Source of the DNA: an uncultured Gammaproteobacteria bacterium
GTDB taxonomy: Bacteria; Pseudomonadota; Gammaproteobacteria; Steroidobacterales; Steroidobacteraceae
Assembly: GCA_963828265.1 (NCBI GenBank)
Contig: CAWHEA010000023.1
Location: 1,763 to 65,762 of the forward strand
Length of the DNA stretch: 64,000 nucleotides
Reading direction: 5' to 3'
In this document: positions 12,910 to 23,425 of the stretch, in pieces
Layout of the letters: each line of letters starts with the position of its first letter
Position numbering within the stretch: the first letter of the stretch is position 1
Notes under the pieces: model-generated
Databases searched by the model: none
What the model was told of the DNA's origin: nothing
Seen by the model: only the letters and a program-made list of their open reading frames with translations
Translations under genes and position numbers: made by a program

Positions 12910-13616
12910 GTGAGCAGCACTGACACGATCACCGGCATCGTCAGCCTCCGCGGCAAGCGGGTGCTGGTGACCCAGGCCCGGGAATTCATGGGTCCGGTGT
13001 TGTGCTCGGTGCTGGCCGAAGCGGGTGCCGACGTCGTTGCGGACGATTCCTCGTTGATCGATCCGGACGCACCTGCGGCAATCGTCGACAGAGCGGGGCG
13101 AGTGGACGTCCTGGTGGCGAACCTGGCGCTGGCGGCTCCGTCGACACCGGCCGGTGACGTCGACGACGACGAATGGCAGACGGTCTTTCGGCACCTGGTC
13201 GACCCGCTGCCGCGGCTGGTGCGGGCGGTGCTGCCGCAGATGATCGAGCGCCGGTCGGGCAAGGTCCTGGTGATCGGCAGTGCGTCGGCGCTGCGCGGCA
13301 TGAAGCGCGCGTCGACCTACAGCGCCGCTCGCGGGGCGCAACTGGCCTACGTCCAGGCCGTCGGCGTCGAGGTGGCTCCGCACAACGTGCAGGTCAATGC
13401 GATCGCGCAGAATTTCGTCGAGAACCCGACGTATTTCCCGCCGGAAGTGCAGGCCTTGCCGACAGTTCCAGGAACGACTCAAGCGCGAGGTGCCGCTGGG
13501 CACGGCTGGTGGGCGCGCGCGAGGATGCGCTGTTCGCGGCGTACCTGTGCAGCGCGGCTGCCGACTGTTTCGTCGGGCAGGTCTTTCCGGTGTGCGGCGG
13601 CTGGGTTACGCGGTAA
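12910..13616 (+). CDS. SDR-family oxidoreductase (frame-disrupted)
   Basis: The SASALRG...YSAARGAQLAYVQAVGVE segment carries the YxxxR/K-type catalytic motif. The C-terminus is GQVFPVCGGW. Frame changes occur near 13460 and 13500. Confidence 0.65.
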
Positions 13617-13655
13617 GAGCCCTCTCCCACGATGTGCGGGAGAGGGCCGTGGAGG

Positions 13656-14073
13656 TCAGTCGTACAGTTCCGCCGGCACGTTGCCGCCGTTCTTGGCGAT
13701 CTGGCGCAGGACTTCCTTGTGCAGCCAGACGTTCATCTTGGCCGAGTCGTGCATGTACTCGGCCGGGCAGCCGAGTTCCGTCGCGAGTTCCTTGCGCTCC
13801 GTGAGGCTGCTTTCCATGCCGAGCAGCTTCATCAGGTCGACGATGGACGTGCGCCAGTTCAGCTTCTGCGGCGTCTGGGCGGCCCAGCCTTCGAGCATCG
13901 AGACCACGTCCACCATGGCCATGGGTTCGGGCTTGGGCGGCGGGGGCGGCGGCACGGGCGCAACTGCGGCAGGCGCGGGCGTCGGCTGCAGGGGCGGTCG
14001 GTGTGACGGGCGGCGGCGGGGCGGCCTTCTTCTTGAGGCCAAGCTTTTCGAGTATCGATCCAAACAGGCTCAT
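13656..14073 (-). CDS. DUF3597-family protein (frame-disrupted)
   Basis: The N-terminus MSLFGSILEKLGLKKKAAPPPP is in the frame of 14073. A Pro-rich linker is followed by a conserved C-terminus, LNWRTSIVDLMKLLGMESSLTERKELATELG. The frame changes near 13990. Confidence 0.6.
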
Positions 14074-14199
14074 GGCATGTCCTTATGGGTGATTGTGATC
14101 ATTGATGCGATGGCGTGGAGCGCGGGCGGCTCAATGCCAGGCTCGAGTTTAGCCTCGTCCGCGGTCCAGATTCTGTAGGGAATATTCAGCTGGAATCGA

Positions 14200-15430
14200 A
14201 TGCGCGAGAACCCTGACCCGCCTGCACTTCCCGGCGTGCCGATATCGTCGGCGTTGCCCCGCACGGTCGTCGTTCTCGGGTTGGTTTCGCTGCTGAACGA
14301 CGCATCGAGTGAAATGATCACACCGCTGTTGCCGATCTTCCTGACGGCAACGCTCGGTGCCGGGCCGGCGATCGTCGGGCTGGTCGAGGGCCTGGCCGAA
14401 GCGACCTCGAGCGTGCTGAAGCTCATCGCAGGCCGCCTGGCGGATCGCGGCGTGGATCCGAAGTCGCTCGTGCTCGCGGGCTACGGCCTGTCCAATGCGA
14501 CGCGCCCGCTGATCGGCCTGGCGGCGGCGTGGAGTTCGGTGCTGCTGCTGCGGTTTCTCGATCGCGTCGGCAAGGGGTTGCGCACGGCACCCAGGGATGC
14601 GCTGATCGCCGGAGCCACGCACGCAGCGGATCGCGGCCGTGCCTTCGGCTTTCACCGCTCGATGGATCACGCGGGTGCCGTCATCGGCCCGTTGATCGCG
14701 TTCGCGCTGCTGTCGATGCAGGTCGAACTCAAGCACGTGTTCCTCGCGTCGGTCGTGCCCGGCCTGCTGGTGCTGACGCTGCTCGCGTTCGGCCTGCCGC
14801 GCGGGCAACCGTTCGTGGCGCCGCCGCGCGCGTCGTTCTGCATGGCGTTCGCTGCACGGCCGGCTGCGCGCGATGATCATCGCGGCGGGCTGGCTCGCGC
14901 TCGCGAGCGTGCCGGAGGTCTTCGTCGTGCTGTGGGCGACCAGCGCCGGGCTCGCGGTGCACTGGGTGCCGCTGGTCTGGGCGGCCGCGAGCCTCGCCAA
15001 GATGGTGATCGCGATGCCGGCGGGGATCGTCTCGGACCGGCTCGGGCGCATTCCCGTCCTGCTGGGTGGCTGGACCCTGCGTGTGTTCGTGTTGCTGCTG
15101 CTCGCGGCGCTGCCTTCACCGCCGGCCTGGCAGGTGTGGCTGCTGTTCATCGCTTACGCCGCGACGCTGGCCGTGACCGAGCCGGCGGAGCGCTCGGTCA
15201 TCGGCGACCATGCCGCGGAACACGAACGCGGCACGGCCTATGGCCTGTATCACCTGGCGAGCGGCCTGCTGGTGCTGCCGGGCGCGGTGATCTTCGGCAC
15301 GATCTGGGAGCGCTTCGGTTCGAGCACGGCGTTCACGACGGCTGCGATCGTGACGGCACTCGGCGCAGCGTGGATGTCCTGGCTGGCGCGTGAGCCGAGT
15401 CGCACGCGCCGGTTAGCAGCGCGCGTCTAG
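14200..15430 (+). CDS. MFS transporter (frame-disrupted)
   Basis: Multiple hydrophobic spans plus [22 protein letters not shown] and GIVSDRLGR loops typical of MFS. The frame changes near 14850. Confidence 0.7.
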
Positions 15431-16069
15431 AGGCTGCCCGGGACGCGCGCACCATGCCGCGAGGCGAGTTCGCCGACGACCTGCTCGAGCGTGAGGTTGC
15501 GGGATTTCAGCAGCACCAGCAGGTGATACAGCAGGTCGGCGCATTCGCCGACCAGTTCGGGATCGTCGCGTGTCACCGCGGCCAGCGCCGTCTCGACACC
15601 TTCTTCGCCCACCTTCTGCGCGATGCGGCCGATGCCGCTGGCAAAGAGCCGGGCCGTGTAGCTGCCTTCCGGGCTGTCGGCGATGCGCTGCGCAATCGTC
15701 GACTGCAGCGTCGACAGGAATGCGATCGCGCGACACCTGCGGCTCGCGCGACTCGGCGAAGCACGTCGGCGTGCCGTTGTGGCAGGTCGGGCCGTCCGGA
15801 TGCGCCAGGACCAGGATCGAGTCGCGGTCGCAGTCGGCGCTCACGTGCGCGACGTGCAGGAAATGGCCGGACGTTTCGCCCTTGGTCCAGAGCTGGTTGC
15901 GGCTGCGGCTGAAGAAGGTGACGCGCCCGTCGGCCAGCGTGCGTCGCAGCGCCGCCTCGTTCATGTAACCCAGCATCAGGACGCGGCCATCGACCGCGTG
16001 CTGGACGATGGCGGGCAGCAGGCCATCGCCCTTGTCCCAGTCGAGTCGCGCCAGGTTCAGGTCGTTCAT
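15427..16069 (-). CDS. hisI: Bifunctional phosphoribosyl-AMP cyclohydrolase / phosphoribosyl-ATP pyrophosphatase (frame-disrupted)
   Basis: The HisI part is [25 protein letters not shown]...[16 protein letters not shown]...CDRDSILV. The HisE part is [14 protein letters not shown]...[13 protein letters not shown]. The frame changes near 15735. Confidence 0.88.
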
Positions 16070-16833
16070 GGACGGATCTCCACGCGTCGTTCGCGCAGGT
16101 AGGTCTTCAGGTCCGGGATGGCGATGGCGCCGCTGTGGAACACGCTCGCCGCCAGCGCACCATCGACGCCGGCATCGGCAAAGACGCTGGCGAAATGCTC
16201 CATCGTGCCGGCGCCCCCGGAGGCGATCAGCGGCACCCGGCAGATACTGCGCACGGCCTGCAGCTGGCGCAAGTCATACCCCTGGCGGACGCCGTCGCTC
16301 GCCATGCAGTTGAGGACGATTTCGCCGGCGCCGCGGTCCTGCACTTCGCGCACCCAGTCGAGCGTGCGGCGGCGCGTGCTGCGTGAGCGGTCGGGATCGC
16401 CGGTGAACTGGTAGACCTCGAAGTCGTCGCCCACGGTCTGGCTGTCGATGCCGACCACGACGCACTGCGAACCGAAGCGTCGTGCGAGCGCGTCGACGAG
16501 GCCGGGGTCGGCCAGGGCAGGGGAGTTCACCGAGATCTTCTCCGCGCCGGAATTGAGCACGTCCTCGGCATCGGCGACCGTGCGGATGCCGCCAGCCACG
16601 CAGAACGGGATGTCGAGCACCCGTGCGACGCGCGTGATCCAGCTGCGGTCCACGGAGCGGTTCTCGGGACTGGCCGTGATGTCGTAGAAGACGAGTTCGT
16701 CCGCGCCTTCCGCGCAATAGCGGGCGGCGAGCTCGAGGATGTCGCCCACGACCTTGTGATCGCGGAAGCGCACGCCCTTGACGACCTGGCCGTCGCGGAC
16801 GTCGAGGCAGGGAATTATGCGCTTGGCAAGAAT
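16066..16833 (-). CDS. hisF: Imidazole glycerol phosphate synthase cyclase subunit
   Basis: (I)[22 protein letters not shown]...[11 protein letters not shown]...GGGIRT...[11 protein letters not shown]...IASGGAG. No canonical start codon precedes [10 protein letters not shown] (the codon at 16831..16833 is ATT). Confidence 0.88.
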   Translation of the reverse strand: MLAKRIIPCLDVRDGQVVKGVRFRDHKVVGDILELAARYCAEGADELVFYDITASPENRSVDRSWITRVARVLDIPFCVAGGIRTVADAEDVLNSGAEKISVNSPALADPGLVDALARRFGSQCVVVGIDSQTVGDDFEVYQFTGDPDRSRSTRRRTLDWVREVQDRGAGEIVLNCMASDGVRQGYDLRQLQAVRSICRVPLIASGGAGTMEHFASVFADAGVDGALAASVFHSGAIAIPDLKTYLRERRVEIRP

Positions 16834-17562
16834 GGGGCGAGCTCCTCGGCCGGGATGCGATTCTCGAGCAGGGCACGGCCGCTGATGACGGCTGCGGCAC
16901 CGGTGGCTGCGAGCGCCACGCAGGTCGGCGCCGCAGCTGACGCCGCCCGACGCCTGCCACTGAATCGTCGGAAAGCGTCGAGCCGCCTCGGCGTACAGCG
17001 CGAGATTCGGCCCCGACGAGCGCACCGTCGCGGGCGACGTCCGTGCACAGCACGTGCAGTGCGCCGTGCGGCAGGTAGCTCGCGACCGCGTCCCACAGGC
17101 TCGCCTCGGTCTGTGCTTCCCAGCCGTGCGTCGTCAGGCGCGGCGTGCCGCCGTCGTCGAGGCGGACGTCGAACGCCAGCACGATGCGGTCGGGACCGAA
17201 CTCGCGCATCCACTGCTGGACCTCCGCGGGTTGCGTCACCGCCACGCTGCCGACGACGACGCGTTGCACGCCGAGGCCGAGCAGTTCGCCGGCCACCTCG
17301 CGCGTGCGGACGCCGCCGCCGACCTGGATGGCTGTGTCCGCGAACGCTTGCGCCAGGCCGGCGATGGCCGCCCGGTTGCCCTGCGAGCCATCGCGCGCGC
17401 CGTCGAGGTCGACGACGTGCACGTAGCGGGCGCCGAAGTCGCGGTAGCGCTGCCAGGATCAGCGCGCGGGTCGTTGCCGTAGACGGTCTCGGCGTCGAAG
17501 CGTCCCTGCAGCAGGCGCACGCACTGGCCGCCACGCAGGTCGATGGCGGGAACGAGTTGCAT
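16815..17562 (-). CDS. hisA: 1-(5-phosphoribosyl)-5-[(5-phosphoribosylamino)methylideneamino]imidazole-4-carboxamide isomerase (frame-disrupted)
   Basis: [23 protein letters not shown], then [12 protein letters not shown]...QVGGGVRT, then LCTDVARDG, then ASGGV...[11 protein letters not shown]. At least three frame changes occur, near 17450, 17030 and 16930. Confidence 0.85.
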
Positions 17563-17563
17563 G

Positions 17564-18163
17564 TCAGGTCAGCGCCAGGAAGTTCGCGAGCAGGCGCTGG
17601 CCCGCGCGGGACGAGCGCTCGGGATGGAACTGCGCGCCGTGGAAGTTCGCATGACGGACGATGGCCGAGAACTCGCCGCCGTAGTCGGTGACGGCCTCCG
17701 TCCACGGGCCGACCGGCGCGGCGTAGCTGTGCACGAAATAGACGTAGGCGTCGTCGTCCGAGACCGCGCGTCAGCGGTGAATCCGCCCGCGGCACGCACC
17801 TGGTTCCAGCCCATGTGCGGGACCGGAAAACCCTGGCGATCGGGAAACCGGGTGACCCGCGCCGGAAGAATGCCGAGGCACTCCGTGTCGCCTTCCTCGC
17901 TGCCTGCGAACAGCAGCTGCATGCCGAGGCAGATGCCGAGCACGGGCTGGGTCAGCGTCGGAATGACGGCGGCCAGGCCCAGCGAGTGCAGCCGCTCCAT
18001 GGCATCGGCCGCGGCACCCACGCCGGGCAGGATCACGCGGCGGTGCGCGACGCAACTCATCCGCGTCGGACGTCAGCTGCGACGAAACACCGAGCCGGTC
18101 GAGCGCGAAGCGCAGCGAGGCGATGTTGGCGCCGCCGTTGGCGATGATCGCGACGTCGGTCAT
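17564..18163 (-). CDS. hisH: Imidazole glycerol phosphate synthase glutamine amidotransferase subunit (frame-disrupted)
   Basis: [25 protein letters not shown], then [12 protein letters not shown]...[12 protein letters not shown]...PHMGWN, then the tail [11 protein letters not shown]...LLANFLALT. Frame changes occur near 18050 and 17760. Confidence 0.85.
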
Positions 18164-18164
18164 C

Positions 18165-19245
18165 TCAAAGGACGCCCTTGCTGCTCGGCAGTTCGGTGCC
18201 TTCGATCCGCAGCGCCTGGCGCAGCGCGCGGCCCGTGCACTTGAAGCAGGCCTCGATCATGTGATGCGTGTTGTCGCCCGTGCACCTTCACGTGCACGGC
18301 CGCCAGCAGGCTGTCGGCCAGCGAGCGGAAGAAATGCGGCACCAGTTCGGTGGGCAGGCCGCCAACGGACTCGCGACCGAACTTGCCCTCGAAGACGGCG
18401 TAGGCACGGCCGGACAGGTCGATCGCCACCTGCGCCTGGGACTCGTCCATGGGCAGCACGAAGCCAAAGCGTGCGATGCCGCGCTTGTCGCCGAGTGCCT
18501 CACGCAAGGCCTGGCCGAGCGCGAGTGCGCAGTCCTCGACCGTGTGGTGCTCGTCGATTTCCAGGTCGCCCGTGCAGGTGAGTTCCAGCGCGAAGCCGCC
18601 GTGACGCGCGACCTGCTCGAGCATGTGATCGTAGAAGCCGATGCCGGTGGCGATGGCGACGGGACCGGTGCTGTCGAGGTTGACCCGCACCCGGATGTCG
18701 GTTTCCTTCGTCTTGCGCAGGACGGTCGCGGTGCGGGCGGGGCGGCGCAACTTCTCGACGATGGCCTCCCAGGTGCAGCCGTCGCGGCCATCGGCATGGA
18801 CCTGCAGGCCCTGGATGCCGAGATTCGCCGCCAGTTGCAGGTCCGTCTCGCGATCGCCGATCACGTAGCTGTCGTGCGGGTCGATGGGGTGGTCGCGCAG
18901 GTAATCGGTCAGCAGGCCGGTCTTCGGCTTGCGGCATTCGCAGCCATCGGCGGGCCGGTGCGGGCAGAAGAACTCCGCGTCGAATTCGATGCCCTGCGAG
19001 GCGAAGAGGGTGCGGATGAAATCCTGCGGCTCGCGGAACGTGGGTTCCGGGAACGTGTCGCGTGCCGAGACCATCCTGGTTGCTCACGAGCACGAAGCGG
19101 TAGCCGGCGCGCTTGAGTTCGAGCAGCGCCGGAATCACGCCCGGCAGCAGGCGAATCTTCGCGCAGGCTGTCGACCTGCTCGTCGCCGTGGTTCTTCGAC
19201 CAGCGTGCCGTCACGATCGATGAACAGGACGCGTGCTCCGCTCAT
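18165..19245 (-). CDS. hisB: Bifunctional histidinol-phosphatase / imidazoleglycerol-phosphate dehydratase (frame-disrupted)
   Basis: The N-terminal HAD phosphatase part is [34 protein letters not shown] and YVIGDRETD. The C-terminal IGPD part is [40 protein letters not shown] and HHMIEACFK. Four or more frame changes occur, near 19195, 19145, 19075 and 18285. Confidence 0.85.
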
Positions 19246-20302
19246 GGCTGCTCCACCGCGGCCAGCAGCCGCTGGTTCTGTTCGGGCGTGCCGATCGAGA
19301 TGCGCAGGCAGTTCGCCAGCCCGGGGTACGACGAGAAGTCACGCACGATCAGTCCGGCCGCCTTGCCGGCGGCGAAGAATCGCCTGGCATCGCGGCACTC
19401 GACCAGCAGGAAGTTGGCGTCGGACGGAAAGACCCGCGCGACGTTGGCGCAGCGCTCGAGGCGCTCTTGCATGCGGCTGCGTTCGTCGAGCAGCGTGCGG
19501 ATCCGCGCGGCCGACAGCGCGCGCTGCGGAGCCTCGGTCAGGGCCAGGACTTCTTCGACCGTCGACGCCGGAATCGCATACGGCGGGATGATTCGCCGCA
19601 GCAGCCCGATGATTTCCTCGCTTGCGATCACCGTGCCGAGGCGCGCGCCGGCCAGCGCGTAGGCCTTCGACAGCGTGCGCAGAATGACGAGGTTCGGGAA
19701 CTCGGCCAGCCGGGCGGTCAGGCTCGCCCGGCCGCAGAACTCGACGTAGGCCTCGTCGACGACGACCAGTGCCTGGCCGGCGAGCTCGCGTGCAGACACG
19801 CAGCATCGCGGCTTCGTCGAGCAGGTTGCCCGTCGGGTTGTTGGGCGAGCAGAGGAACACGATCTTGGCTCGCGTGCCCGCGGCAATGACCTGCTCGGCA
19901 TCGAGCGCGAAGCCATCGCGCAGCAGCGGCACCTCGAGCACGCCTGCACCCTGGATCTTCGCCGCGACCTTGTAGAAGCCGAAAGTCGGCGGGGTGATCA
20001 CCACGTTGTCCTGTCCCGCGCGGCAGAACGCACGCACCAGCAGGTCGATGGCTTCGTCGCTGCCACGACCGACCAGCAGCTGCCGCGGCCGGCACGCCGT
20101 ACAGCTGCGCCATGCGCTCGACCAGCGCATGGGGCTGCGGCTCGGGATACCGGTTCAGGCCGGACATCGAGTTGTCGCCCGGAGCGCGCCACGGCATTTC
20201 GTTGGCGTGCATGCGCTCGAGCGACGGATCCCAGGCTGCGTGCTGGTAAGGCTGCAGCTCGCAGGATGTCGGGGCGCGCCAGTTGCAGGATCGAGTGCTC
20301 AT
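19242..20302 (-). CDS. hisC: Histidinol-phosphate aminotransferase (frame-disrupted)
   Basis: [11 protein letters not shown]...[42 protein letters not shown] and [16 protein letters not shown]. Frame changes occur near 20270, 20110 and 19790. The stop overlaps the hisB start. Confidence 0.85.
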
Positions 20303-21626
20303 GAGTGGCCTGCCTGCGCCAGCGCGTCGAGACGCACCGTGACCGCATTGGCGTGCGCGTCGAGGGATTCGAGCTGTGCCAGCGTGCGCGCCGTCGGGCC
20401 CAGGTTGCGCAAGCCGTCCGCGGTCAGTTCCTGCACCGTGATGCGCTTGACGAAATCGAGCACGCTCAGCCCGCTGTAGGCGCGGGCGTGGCCGTAGGTG
20501 GGCAGCACGTGATTGGTGCCGCTGCAGTAGTCGCCCATGGTCTCCGGCGTCCACGCGCCCAGGAAGACGGAGCCCGGCATTGCGAACCTGCGGCAGCAGG
20601 TCGCGCGGGCTCGTCACCTGCAGGATCAGGTGTTCCGGCGCGTATCGGTTGCAGACCTCCATCGCGGCCTGCATGGTCGGCACGATGATGACGCGACTCT
20701 CGGCGATCGCCTGGCTCGCGATCTCACGTCGCGGCAGTGCGGCCAGTTGCCGGGCCACTTCGGCCACGCAGGCTTCGGCCACCTTGCGCGAGATCGTGAC
20801 CAGCACGACCTGCGCGTCCACGCTGTGTTCGGCCTGCGCGAGCAGGTCGGCAGCGACGAAGGCGGGCCGCGCCGACTCGTCGGCGATGACCAGGACTTCC
20901 GACGGTCCGGCGGGCATGTCGAGCGCCGCGCCATCGGCATCCTGCGCCACGATCTGCTTGGCCGCCGTGACCCAGGAATTGCCGGGGCCGAAGATCTTGA
21001 CGACCTTGGGCACCGACGCCGTGCCGTACGCCATCGCCGCGACGGCCTGCGCGCCACCCAGCTTGAACACCTTGCGGATGCCGCACAGCCGCGCCGCCAC
21101 GAGCACGGCGGGATCGGCCGTGCCGTCGGGACGGGGCGGGGTGCACATGACCCGCACCGGACAGCCGGCGATCCTGGCGGGCACGGCCAGCATGAGCGCG
21201 GTGGAGGGCAGGGGCGCCGTGCCCGCCGGCACGTACAGCCCGACGGCCTCGAGCGGCACGGTCATGCGCTCGCAGACGACGCCCGGCGCGGTTTCGAGCC
21301 GCAGCGGCGGCAGCGTCTGCAGTTCATGGAAGCGGGTGACCGTGTCGATCGCGCGTTCGAGCGCTGCGCGTTGCACGGGCGTGAGCGCCGCTTCTGCGGC
21401 GGCGAACTCGGCTTCCGACACGCCGAACGATTCGAGCTGGACGCCGTCGAGCCTGGCCGTGTATTCGCGCAGCGCGGCGTCGCCGCGGGACGCGCACGTC
21501 ATCGACGATGCGGCGGGCCTGGTCGAGCAGGCCGGCTGCGTCGCGCTGGGCCGGACGACGCAGCACGGCATCGCGCCGCGCTTCGTCGAGCGTGCTCCAG
21601 TCGAGGATGTCGAGCGGACTCTTCAT
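20299..21626 (-). CDS. hisD: Histidinol dehydrogenase (frame-disrupted)
   Basis: [60 protein letters not shown] and [13 protein letters not shown]. Frame changes occur near 21500 and 20580. Confidence 0.88.
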
Positions 21627-22524
21627 GCGAGCATCTTCTCCACCGGCAGCACGAGCACCGCGCTGGCGCCGGCGGCCTTGAGGCTTTCGAGCGTCTCCCA
21701 GAAGACGGTTTCACGGCAGACGGCGTGCACCGCGACCTTGTCGCCGGTGCCGTCGAGCGGGATCACGGTCGGGGACTCGCTGCCGGGCAGCAGCTTCGCG
21801 ATCTGCGGCAGCGCCGAGCGCGGGGCGTGCAGCATGATGTACTTGCTCTCGCGCACCTGCTGGACGCCGTCGATCCGGACCAGCAGTCGGCGGACCCAGT
21901 CGGCCTTGACGTCGGGCAGGGCGATCGGCGTGCGCACCAGGCACACCTGGCTTTCGAGCACGACGGCCACTTCGCGCAGGTGATTGGCCGTCAGCGTCGA
22001 GCCGGTCGAGACGAGGTCGCAGATCAGGTCGGCCCGGCCGAGGCGCGGCGCGATCTCCACGGCGCCGGACAGCGTGACGATTTCGGCCGTCGATGCCGTT
22101 CTCGCGCAGGAAGCGCTCCAGCACGTGCGGATAGGTCGTGGCGATGCGCTTGCCGGCGATGCTCGGCAGGCCCTCGTAGGCGAATTCGTGCGGCACGGCG
22201 AGCGACAGGCGGCAGCGGCCGAAGTCGAGCTTCTGCAGGATTTCGATGCGCGGGGTGCGTGCCGCGGGCCAGCATCGCGAGACGCTTTTCCTCGAGCACG
22301 TTGAGCCCGACGAGGCCGAGGTCGCAGACGTCTTCCTGCACCAGGTCGGGAATGTCGTCGTCGCGCACGAACAGCACGTCGAGCGGCATGTTCTCGCCGT
22401 AGCACATCAGCTGGTCCTTGCCGCGGCTGAACTTGAGGCCGCAGCGGTGGAGCAGGTCCAGCGATTCGTCGGTCAGGCGCCCGGACTTCTGCACGGCGAT
22501 GCGCAGGCGTTGCTGGCGATCCAT
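21623..22524 (-). CDS. hisG: ATP phosphoribosyltransferase, long form (frame-disrupted)
   Basis: LRIAVQKSGRLTDESLDLLHRCGLKF, DIPDLVQEDVCDLGLVG, RIATTYPHVLERFL and ICDLVSTGSTLTANHL, plus the C-terminal regulatory domain. Frame changes occur near 22265 and 22085. Confidence 0.88.
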
Positions 22525-22832
22525 CAGCGTTCTCCGAGGCGGCGCGCCGCCAGTTCGTAGCCGCCGTTGCCGGCACCGAGGTAGCGGGCGACTCGCCCGA
22601 TGGTCGTGACGCTGACGCCGGTCTGCTTCGCGATCTCGCGGTAGGGCATGCCCGCCTGCAGCAGTCCGACGACGGTCCAGCGATCGGCCAGGGCCTGCAG
22701 CTCGGCCGGCGTGCAGAGATCGCGCAGGAAATCGCGGCACTCGTCGACGGTGCGCAGGGTCAGCAGCGCCTGGCACAGCGCGCGTTCGGCGGCTGCTTCC
22801 TGGCGGGGGGAGATTCCACGGTGGTTCTTCAC
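22524..22832 (-). CDS. YerC/YecD (TrpR-like) family DNA-binding protein, first gene of the his operon
   Basis: Intact 102-aa ORF. LCTPAELQALADRWTVVGLLQAGMPYREIAKQTGVSVTTIGRVARYLGAGNGGYE matches the YerC/TrpR-related HTH region. ATGA overlap with hisG. Confidence 0.8.
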   Translation of the reverse strand: MKNHRGISPRQEAAAERALCQALLTLRTVDECRDFLRDLCTPAELQALADRWTVVGLLQAGMPYREIAKQTGVSVTTIGRVARYLGAGNGGYELAARRLGER

Positions 22833-22854
22833 GGGTCTCGATGCAGCGGGGCGT

Positions 22855-22880
22855 GTATTAATGTGCTAGCACGTTAATAC
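22855..22880. promoter_or_regulatory. 26-bp near-perfect palindrome (candidate operator) upstream of yerC-his
   Basis: GTATTAATGTGCTAGCACGTTAATAC has a perfect GTGCTAGCAC core and one mismatched pair in the flanks. It lies 23 nt upstream of the yerC start. Confidence 0.5.
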
Positions 22881-22890
22881 ATTGGAACGA

Positions 22891-23127
22891 GCGACGCAAC
22901 CGCAAAGGGGCTGAGCGAAGCCAAAGGGCGCGAAGGCCTGCCGCGCCGACGGCGTCCCCGGTCCGGACGCGCTCCGAAAAGCCGTCCCGCCATGGACGCT
23001 CGCGGCCGGCGCCCCCATGGACGGGTTTACGGCGTTTTCGGAGCGCCTCCGGACCGGAGACGCCTGGCGGCGCTGCGCAGGCCGTCGCAGTCCTTGGCTT
23101 CGCCGCCCTTCGCCTCGGTTGCGCCGC
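22891..23127. repeat. Large imperfect inverted repeat (~105-bp arms, ~19-nt centre), MITE/REP-like
   Basis: The left arm GCGACGCAACCG...GCGAAGCCAAAGGGCGCGAAGGCCTGCCGCGCCGACGGCGTCCCCGGTCCGGACGCGCTCCGAAAAGCCGTCCCGCCATGG pairs with the right arm CCATGGACGGGTTTACGGCGTTTTCGGAGCGCCTCCGGACCGGAGACGCC...TTGGCTTCGC...CGGTTGCGCCGC. Aligned by eye, with scattered mismatches and indels. Confidence 0.7.
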
Positions 23128-23134
23128 ACGTTCC

Positions 23135-23163
23135 TTGCGCTAACGTGCTGTCACACCTAAACT
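23135..23163 (+). promoter_or_regulatory. Candidate metX promoter (TTGCGC-17 nt-TAAACT) containing a copy of the TAACGTGCT..CACA..TAA motif
   Basis: The -35 and -10 spacing is 17 nt. The predicted start is a few nt before riboswitch helix P1. The spacer TAACGTGCTGTCACACC resembles one half of the 22855..22880 palindrome. Confidence 0.4.
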
Positions 23164-23171
23164 TCGCCCCG

Positions 23172-23285
23172 CTCATCGAGACCGGCTGAGGGAATGGCCC
23201 TTTGAAGCCGGGGCAACCATCGGGCCCAACCCGCCCGAAATGGTGCCAACTCCACGGGGACCATTGCGCGTCGCCGGAAGATGAG
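23172..23285 (+). promoter_or_regulatory. SAM-I (S-box) riboswitch aptamer
   Basis: P1 CTCATC/GATGAG. P2 CCGGC-TGAGGGAATGGCCCTTTGAA-GCCGG with a kink-turn-like GA motif. Junction GCAACC. P3 TCGGGC/GCCCGA. GGTGCCAACTCC. P4 CGGGGAC/GTCGCCG. Located upstream of metX-metB. Confidence 0.85.
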
Positions 23286-23425
23286 TTGCAGCGAGGCTGC
23301 CCCGGCCAGTTTCACGACGGACGGGGGTGTTGGTCGCCGCAACCATCCCCGCGCGCGCAGAGATCTACCCACACGTGGTTGTCGTCTCGACCGGCAGGCC
23401 GGCACGGGCCTCGACATGCGTGCCC

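Noticed and set aside
20537-22402. Very long antisense ORFs: 20537..22402 (+, 621 aa), 29318..31807 (+, 829 aa), 8664..10262 (-, 532 aa), 404..1318 (-, 304 aa), 44663..46873 upstream part, and others.
   Set aside because: They lie opposite genes with clear homology (hisD/hisG, leuA/ilvC, the aspartokinase fusion, pheS). They are Arg/Ala/Gly/Pro-rich with no recognisable motifs. They are the usual stop-poor shadow frames of high-G+C DNA.
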